From the human T2T-CHM13v2.0 reference genome, Homo sapiens, in assembly GCF_009914755.1 (NCBI RefSeq), contig NC_060930.1: a stretch of 64,000 bases of DNA; one strand, 5' to 3'. Below, piece after piece: positions 56,083 through 64,000 of this stretch. The position numbers and the translations under genes were made by a program. Under the pieces are notes generated by a model that was not told the DNA's origin, ran no database searches, and saw only the letters and a program-made list of their open reading frames with translations. Positions within the stretch are counted from its first letter, which is position 1; every line of letters begins with the position of its first letter.

Positions 56083-56447
56083 TTTTTTTTTTTTTTTGCT
56101 TCTGTGTCTATATTATTATTATTTTTATTATACTTTAAGTTCTAGGGTACACTTGCACAAAGTGCAGGTTTGTTACATAGGTATACATGTGCCATGTTGG
56201 TTTGTTGCACCCATTAACTCATCATTTACATTAGGTATTTCTCCTAGTGTTATCCCTCCCCCTGCCCCCCAACCCATGACAGGCACCCGTGTGTGATGTT
56301 CCTCGCCCTGTGTCCAAGTGTTTTCATTGTTCAATTCCCACCTATGAGTGAGAACATGTGGTGTTTGGTTTTCTGTCCTTGTGATAGTTTGCTCAGAATG
56401 ATGGTTTCCAGCTTCATCTATGTCCCTGCAAAGGACATGAACTCATC
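56083..56447 (-). mobile_element. L1PA 5'-truncated insertion with perfect 16-bp TSD and a double tail
   Basis: TSD CCAAAGGCACATTCTT at 56067-56082 and 56448-56463; reverse L1PA 3' UTR in between. Confidence 0.95.
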
Positions 56448-58602
56448 CCAAAGGCACATTCTTGAAGGTGCATGTTAGCACTTCTTGCCTTGCAGTTATT
56501 ATGCTATGCAGATCTTAGGACATCTCTAATATGGAGAAAGCCACTGTTAAACCTTCTTGAGTTCTACCTTAAATATTTTTCCAAATACATTTTTAGTGAC
56601 TTTAAATCTAGGGTTAAAATGCTTTGTTTTCTTCCATTTGTTATTTAGGAAAGGCCTACTTGCTTGGGGAAATAAGAACTTTAGATCACTTTCCTTGAAA
56701 GGCAATCTCAGAATTGCTCATGCTTTACACAAAAGGTAGAGCACGCTTTCTCTTTCAAGTATAATGCGTCCCTTCTCTTCTACAGAATTTTTCAAAAGTT
56801 GACTGAAGTATCCTTCATGCTGTAGCATACTGAGCAGTATATATTCCCTGGAAATGCAAAGTCCAAATAAAACCTTTCTGTGGGTTTTCCAGTCCACTGT
56901 TCTGAGTATTCTTTATTCTGAGATTTTTGCATATAATTCTTAGGAAATCCTGATTTTTCACTGTGTCTAGATTTCACTCATGCCTCTGAAATGAATGTTT
57001 TTTACAGGACTTGAAGGTAGTATATACATTAGCCAAGGACGGAGGATAATTTGAGAGAGTCAGATGAACTGTAATGGGTTTTTATAGCAAAGCTTTTGAC
57101 AAAAATCGTTCTGTGTTTTGCCTTCAAAACTAGAAATTACTATATACTTCTGTATATAAGACTAAGTTAGACAAACTATACCTTAACTAATAAAAATGAT
57201 CAAAGCTATTGTCTAACACCACAGAATTAGGTCATGTGTTTGTGTGTGCATGTGTATAAAATTTGAAAACATTTTTCTGGCAATCAACCAGAAATATGCC
57301 AATTTTTAAAGTTACTTAAATTTTTTTCCAAACTAGATATATAAAAGTTCAATGATTTGAGGATCTGTATCAGCACCAGATGATCTGTTATTTTTCAGCA
57401 AGTGTATCTGGTTTGCAGTTGATTCTTGTTTGAACTAACATGAGGTTTTCCTTCCAATTATTGGCTTAGATCTTGATCATACCAGAAGTTATGCCAGAAA
57501 AGTCCAAATGACCTTTTGTTTTTCTTACAAGTATTTACTTCTTCACTACACAACACCGTGTTGAACTCTCAACATATTAATTCAACACCAAGTAAATATA
57601 AAATCTATTCATTTGCTCTCATAAATTGTAACTAATTTCGTGACAAAGTTTTAAGTTTTGGGGTGTGAGTCCTAGAACTAAGTTTTAGCACTTCCAACTT
57701 TTAATGATACAGGTTTTGTACATCATTTGCATTTAACATTTACATCAGTAAAAAGACATATTGTTTGTTGAGGTAATCAAGTTGCTTTTTGTTCCAGAAA
57801 TGCAAATTATTTTTTTCTCATACTGATTCTGATTCTAACACAGTTAGTTCCAAAAGGCATTCCTGGCTGTTCCAAATTGTGCACGGAAATGCTTCCAGGT
57901 TGTGTTTCATTATTAATATCACTTCCTTGTTATCTCACTGATTCGAAGACTCATTATTATAGTATGTAAAAGGAAAGTATCAGAAACTTTTTCATACTTT
58001 TTGTCCCACTATTCCACTCATTTCAAAATTTAATAATAAATTATTTAATTAAAAATACAAAATCACTGCATACTTATTTGTTAAAAAAGAATTACACTGA
58101 ATTTTTAAGAAGCAATAGTATCTACATAAATTGGGGTTGATAAGCTTATGAGACTCATGATTATTCCAAAGTATAATGTGCTTCACATTGAATGTCCAGT
58201 GTAGCCACACTGCCCATTTAGACTTGGGACAACATGCAGAGAGTGATGGAATGTTTCTCAGGTGACTCTGACAGGAGGCTCATTGATGAGTGGTTGCTAT
58301 ACTATTTTTACAATTAGCTTGAACTAATAAATTCATTTTACTAATTTTTTTACTACTTAACACAGTTACTATCTCTGTATGTACCAACCAGTATAGAACT
58401 ATTTTAATATATTTCCATAATATAATGTGCCTACTAGCCAAGTATAATCCTTGCTGAACATGTTTACAAAGAGTCTCGGAGACATAACATATTTTGCAAG
58501 AACATGTAAAGCGATATTTGATTATGAGACAAGAATTTGTTAGATAAAACCATAGCAACCTACTCTAACTGTTCAATAACTTCATTTTATGTCTACCCAC
58601 TA

Positions 58603-59539
58603 TCACTTAAAGCTGAAAATGCTCCTCACCAAGTTGCGTAATGCCCCCTTTACATTCTTATTCCGCAGGGTGTAGATAAAAGGGTTGAGTGAGGGAGTCA
58701 CCACTCCATAGAAGAGGGCCATGAACTTGGGTTGATCCCTTGAGATGGAGGAGGGGGGCTGAAGGTACATGCTGATGGCTGGGCCATAAAATAAGAAAAC
58801 TACAATAAGATGGGAGGAGCATGTCCCAAAGGCCTTTTTCCTTCCCTTGGAAGATTTGATCTTAAATACAGCACTTCCAATACTAGCATAAGAAGCAAGA
58901 ATTAAGCATAGTGGGACAGCTAACATAAAAATGCATACCACAGAGAGTGTGAGCTCGTTAGAACCCTTTTCACCACAGGCAATCTTTATCAGAACAGGAA
59001 TCTCACACACCAAGTGGTCCAGTTTATTGAGACCACACAGTGGCAATTGTAATGTGGCAGTGGCCTCTGAGACAGCATAGATTATTCCAATTAGCCACAC
59101 GGTGGAAACTAAGGATACAGACGCGCTGATTCATGATGAGGGTGTAGTGAAGAGGTCTGCAGATGGCCACATAGCGATCAAAGGACATAATAGCCAAAAG
59201 CAAACATTCTGTTCCCCCCATTATGTGAAAGAAATAAAGCTGAACCGCACACCCCATATAGCTGATGGTCTTCTTAGAGCTTCCCAGGTTAAACAGCATC
59301 TGAGGGACAATGCTTGTGGTATAACACATGTCCAAAAAGGAGAGGTTGGTGAGGAAGAAATACATGGGGCTATGAAGACGAGAGTCTAACCTGGACATGA
59401 GAATGATTGTGATGTTTCCCATCACGGCTATAGGGTACATTATAAGAAGACTAGTGAACAGAGGAAGCTCTAGCCAAGGGCGGTCTGCAAAGCCTAGCAG
59501 AATAAATTCTTCAGGGTGGCTTTCATTAGTTAGTGGCAT
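58603..59539 (-). pseudogene. OR2N1P: Olfactory receptor pseudogene (family 2), single frameshift near 59113
   Basis: The N-terminal half (MPLTNESHPEEF...MSFDRYVAICRPLHY...RVCI) and the C-terminal half (VSTVWLIG...KAFGTCSSH...PSLNPFIYTLRNK) are in different frames. The symbol is inferred from its position after OR2J3 in the cluster; acceptor AG at 59559-59560. Confidence 0.85.
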
Positions 59540-61444
59540 TATCTTCAATTTGTTTCACCTGTAGTAGGGATATGCCAAAGAAGGTAGAGCTATGGGTATC
59601 GACAAAACATGGTGATGCATTGATTGTCTACTTATAGATGACAGGGTGCAGTAACCTGGGGTCAGAATAACATAAAACATCTGGTATCAGGTGATCTTAT
59701 TTTCCTATGGGACACTACAAATTAAAGGCAGATATCTTAATCCAGTAACCCAACCATTCTGAAATGGAATTTCTTCTTCTGTGTAAGAAGGTTGACAATA
59801 ACTACCATTCTTGAGTGAGGTGAGGATTAAATACAAAGTAAAAGTGACCGTATAGTTTTCAAACTTTGAGTTGCATAAAAATCAGCTGAGAAGGTTGCTA
59901 GAATGAAATTTATTGTTTCCTATCTTTAGGTGTCTGATAGAGTAAATGTGGCCTGGGGCTGAGGAACAGGATGGTTCATTTTCAGAAACAGTGCTGCGAG
60001 GCATTACTGAAATGCTAAGAAGAATAAACATATTGAGGTAGCAATGGTAGGAGAAAAAGGAGGAGAAAACCTGGAGTCATAAGAATCATCAAGATAGCAT
60101 TGTCCAGCTCCAACTAGTTAGTTAAATAATCATATCATCTCCAAGGGAGGCAAGAAGACTTTTGGATTTAAATCTATCTCAGCGATTTGAAATTGAACAA
60201 GAAAATTAAATACTTTTATTGTCTGTTTTCTCAAGTATAAATTGAGAGAGTTAACCTACAATGACAAAGTTTCCCTATGCTCAGGAATTCGATTTTGCAT
60301 TCTTGGGCTTTTATTCATTACGATTTAGTTCAACCTTTGGGCATTTGATATTTTATGTTAAATTTTAGCTAACATCCATTTTGAAAAAAATTTTTTTATT
60401 CAATGAGATTATCATCTTGCTTTAATATAAGAGTTTGGATAGTTGTCATGACCCACTGATTGCACATAACTACAAATATGTCTTTTAGTTCTGAGTGACT
60501 GCAGTCAGGACAAAAGTTGATGTCCCAATTTAGGCTTAGAGACAGTCAAATCTGAAATTATTTTACATTTTCAAGACCTTTCCTTTTTTTTCAGCTAGAA
60601 AGTACATTGATATACCAACCTCAACTAGTTTAGTGAAGCAGTATTTTGAGAAAGATTAATTTTTTGCTCATATGCTTTTCTTTTAGTGGTGACATGTGTT
60701 TTATGAATATCACAATTTTCTGCAGGATGAGAAATATTCGGTTGAAAAGTTAAGATAGCATCTCAGTGACAACATTCTGAGTAACTCTGCCAGTCAATTA
60801 GTTGTTTAATGGTAACAGATTACATTTATAAGTTTATAAAGCACAGCTTCCACATTCTCTGTTTCATTACATCTTCAAAGTCATCCTGTGAGGTGTCATA
60901 CAAAGCTCCTCAGGGCTAACATGTGAATGTTGCCCTTTGATTATATGCTATCTCACGCCGGAAGTGTGCAAAACAATAATAACACTCTTTCCAACTAGTC
61001 CTTAGTGAACCCTCTGTGTCAAACACCCCCATATGCTTTCTACACCATTAAATCATTTAGTATCCATCCCCAAACGCTATGACAAAGAAAATTTTACTAT
61101 CCATATTTTAAGATATTGTTAATCATTTGTTTCCATACTCTGCTAATGACTAAGAACATCCTAAAGATTGAAAAGTAATTGCTGCTTTAAATGAGGTAAT
61201 AAAATATTGAGACTATAAACTCAGAGTTTCAAGAGCCCCAGAAAGCATCTGTACTCGAGGGTTGTTCCTGAATGAGTGTGACCCCCTTCACATTATTTGA
61301 CCTTGATTTAATCAAGATGTTATATGAGTGCATCAAATTTAGAAATATGTCTTGGCCTGAGTGCTTTTTCAGATGAAAATCCGTATTGGAAATGAAAGAT
61401 GAAATAAAGGCATGATATAAACTAATTTGATGTCAAAATAAATA

Positions 61445-62630
61445 CAGTCATACATAGCTTAACAAGAGGAATATAGTCTGAGAAATGTATTGTTAAGTGA
61501 TTTTGTCATTGTGTGAATATAATAGAGTGCACTTACACAAACTTAGATGGTATGGCCTAGTACACACTTATGCTATGTGATATAGCCTATTGCTCCTAGG
61601 CTACAAACTTGTGCAGCATGTTACCTTACTGAATACTGTGGACAATCATAATTCAATGGTAAGTATTTATGTATTAAGCGTATATAAAAATAGAAAAGGT
61701 ACAATAAAATATGGTATAAAAGATAAAAAATGGTATACCTATATTGGGCACTTACCATAAATGGATCTTGCAGGACTTGAAGTTGCTCTGGGTGAGTCAG
61801 TGAGTGAATGGTGAGGGAATGTGAAGGCCTAGACCACTACTGTACACTACTATAGACTTTGTAAACACTGTCTATAGCCTACACTAAATTTACTAAAAAA
61901 CACTTTTCTCTGTTTAATAATAAATTCATTTTAGCTAACTGTAACATTTTTACTTCATAAACTTCTTAATTTCTTTAACTTTTTGATTATTGAATAACAC
62001 TTAAACCCATCATACAGCTGTACAAAAGTATGTTCTTTGTTTATATCCTTATTCTATAAATTATTTCTATTTTTTTAAGTTTTTTAACTTTTTTGTTAAA
62101 AATGAAGACACAAACACACACATTAGCCCAGGCCTACACAGGGTCAGGATCATCAATATCATTGTCTTCCAGCTCCTTGTCCCACTGGAAGGTTTTCAGG
62201 GGCAATAACATGCATGGAGCTGTCATCTCCTATGATTATAATAACAATATCTTCTTCTGGTATACTTGCTGAAAGACTTGTGTGAGGCTGTTTTACAGTT
62301 AACTTTTTAAAAATAAGTAGGAGTATAAAAAATCATAAAAAGTATAGTATAGCAAAAATATAAACCAGTAACATATTTATTTATCATCATCAAGTATTAT
62401 GTACTGCACACAATTTTATGTGTTATTCTTTTATATGACTGGCAGTGCAGGTTTGATTATACCGTCATCACTGCAAACACTTGAGTAATGTGTTACATTA
62501 TAACATTATCATGGATACAGTGTCACTAGGCAACAGGAATTTTTTAGCTCCATTGTAATCTTATGGGACCACTGTTGAACACATGCATGGTCAGTCATTG
62601 ATGAAAATGTCATTATGTGGTGCATGCCTG
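61445..62630 (+). mobile_element. Tigger3 (Tigger3b-like) Tc1/mariner-pogo DNA transposon, non-autonomous
   Basis: Degenerate TIRs CAGTCAT.../...ATGCCTG with TA target duplications (61443-61444, 62631-62632); length 1186 bp; internal 'acttacacaaacttagatggtat'. Confidence 0.88.
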
Positions 62631-63194
62631 TATTCTGAGAATTGCAAATTACATTATTAAATAATTTCACTATTAGATACCTGCTATCTTTATTTAACAT
62701 TGTTATGTTCACCTTTTATATTTTTTCTACCAGGGACCATCCTTGAATTTTTTAAAAAGCAATTTTAGATTTGATCCTCCATGAATTCTTCCATAATTAT
62801 AACTAATTATAACTACCTTTAATGACAATATTCACTCCAGTATGTCTTCCGCAATTTTATTAAATTTATATTATTTGGGATTTTGTTATTAACTTTATTA
62901 AGTATATTTTGTCTGTGAGTGGTGGTCACCCAGAGCTCCTCCATTTCTCTGGACATTTCCCTGAAGACATCAGACTAGGAATGACTAATCAATGTGATTT
63001 AATTTTGAAGTATATTTAAGCTCTGTAATTCTATTCTTAGATCTCATATTTTTTTCTCATGTCATTCTTGTATTTTATTTCTTTTAGCTTTGGGATTTTA
63101 TCTGTCTTTTGGATCTTATACTTCAAGAAATGTTTCATCACTATTTTACTACATGGGGATTTACTTAATCACAAATGTTTAAAGCCACTTTATT

Positions 63195-64000
63195 AAAGTG
63201 CCAGACCCATGAGTTGAGTAAATTCCTCTCCTCATGGGGTCCCAAGATAAAGCAGGAATCCTTGGAATGTTAGAAAATGACATTCTTTACTTACCACAGG
63301 CCAGAAACCCTGTATAGGGACTGTGTAGGCAAGGTAGAAGGTCAGTTCCCCAAGGGGTTTTTATTGGCTCTATAAGTCAAGTTTCATTCCTTAAAGGAAA
63401 ACACACCATTCCAGTCAAAGCCTTGGTAAAATAACCAATTTCTCCAACTGTGTCCTGCTACAAAAAAAAAAAAAACAGATTCTTATTGCACTTATGCAAA
63501 TAAATATATTGCCATCAGTTAAGAATACTCACAAATAGTCTCCAAATTCTGGAGAAATCAGGTAGAGAGAAACAAATATGGTCCATTTTTTTTTTCCACA
63601 GAAGTATACTTTACTCAATTGCTAAAGGCTGTAAATAGCTCAAAGTAAAAGTTTTCTTAACTCTGGAAAACAAAACAAAGGGTTAGCAACGTTTTAAGCA
63701 AAGTCAAAAAGATTAGTTTATTCTTTTAGTTTAGTTTATGCAGTTAACTCCTGTTCTGTTTGATATTCATGAACATTCCTGTTCTTCACGAGAGTTGCAA
63801 AAGTTGTTTCCTCTATTCTAATGTCACAATTTCCAAAGTTATCAGAAACCTGCATTTAAGAACATCCGTTAGAGTTGTATAGCTGACTATAAACCACCTT
63901 TTGAAGAGGATTAAAACAAGACAATTGTCTGTGTATGACAAAACTCGTTACCACAGCCACTGGCAAAAACGTGATTGACAAAGAAATTTTGGTAATGTAT
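63195..64000 (-). mobile_element. ERV1 (MER4-group) internal sequence, running off the window end
   Basis: 'gttgagtaaattcctctcc...gacattctttacttaccacagg...ccattccagtcaaagccttggtaaaataacc...cttattgcacttatgcaaataa'. Confidence 0.7.

Noticed and set aside
59540-59548. ORF-track start (MKIM...) of the OR pseudogene
   Set aside because: The track starts at a TTG; the first ATG is at 59539 and gives the typical spacing to the N-glycosylation site.

Overview
AT-rich, repeat-dense primate (almost certainly human) genomic DNA. I recognise it as part of the MHC-linked olfactory receptor cluster on chr6p22.1. It has three intact single-exon OR ORFs (OR2B3 on -, OR2J1 and OR2J3 on +) and one OR pseudogene broken by a single frameshift (probably OR2N1P, on -). 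They sit among many Alu, L1, L2/MIR, LTR (MLT1, MER52, MER66-like) and Tigger3 elements. Nearly all other ORFs in the track are repeat-derived or random. I see no RNA genes, no CRISPR arrays and no wholly new multi-gene system. The most notable less obvious signals are: (1) an ancient, highly diverged cTAGE5/MIA2-family retrocopy (about 44.9-47.95 kb) split by three Alus and one L1; (2) an L1 carrying an inverted copy of a neighbouring MLT1 LTR plus fold-back copies of its own sequence, which looks like a fossil templated-insertion event; (3) two L1s that keep both ends but lack the interior; (4) a haplotype with intact OR2J1 (Gln194) and OR2J3 Thr113/Gln226; (5) OR2B3 lacking both conserved TM7 prolines; (6) paralogous OR2J1/OR2J3 promoter blocks and candidate 5' non-coding exons. 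Gene names and repeat subfamilies come from recognition, not database searches, and repeat boundaries are approximate unless TSDs are given.
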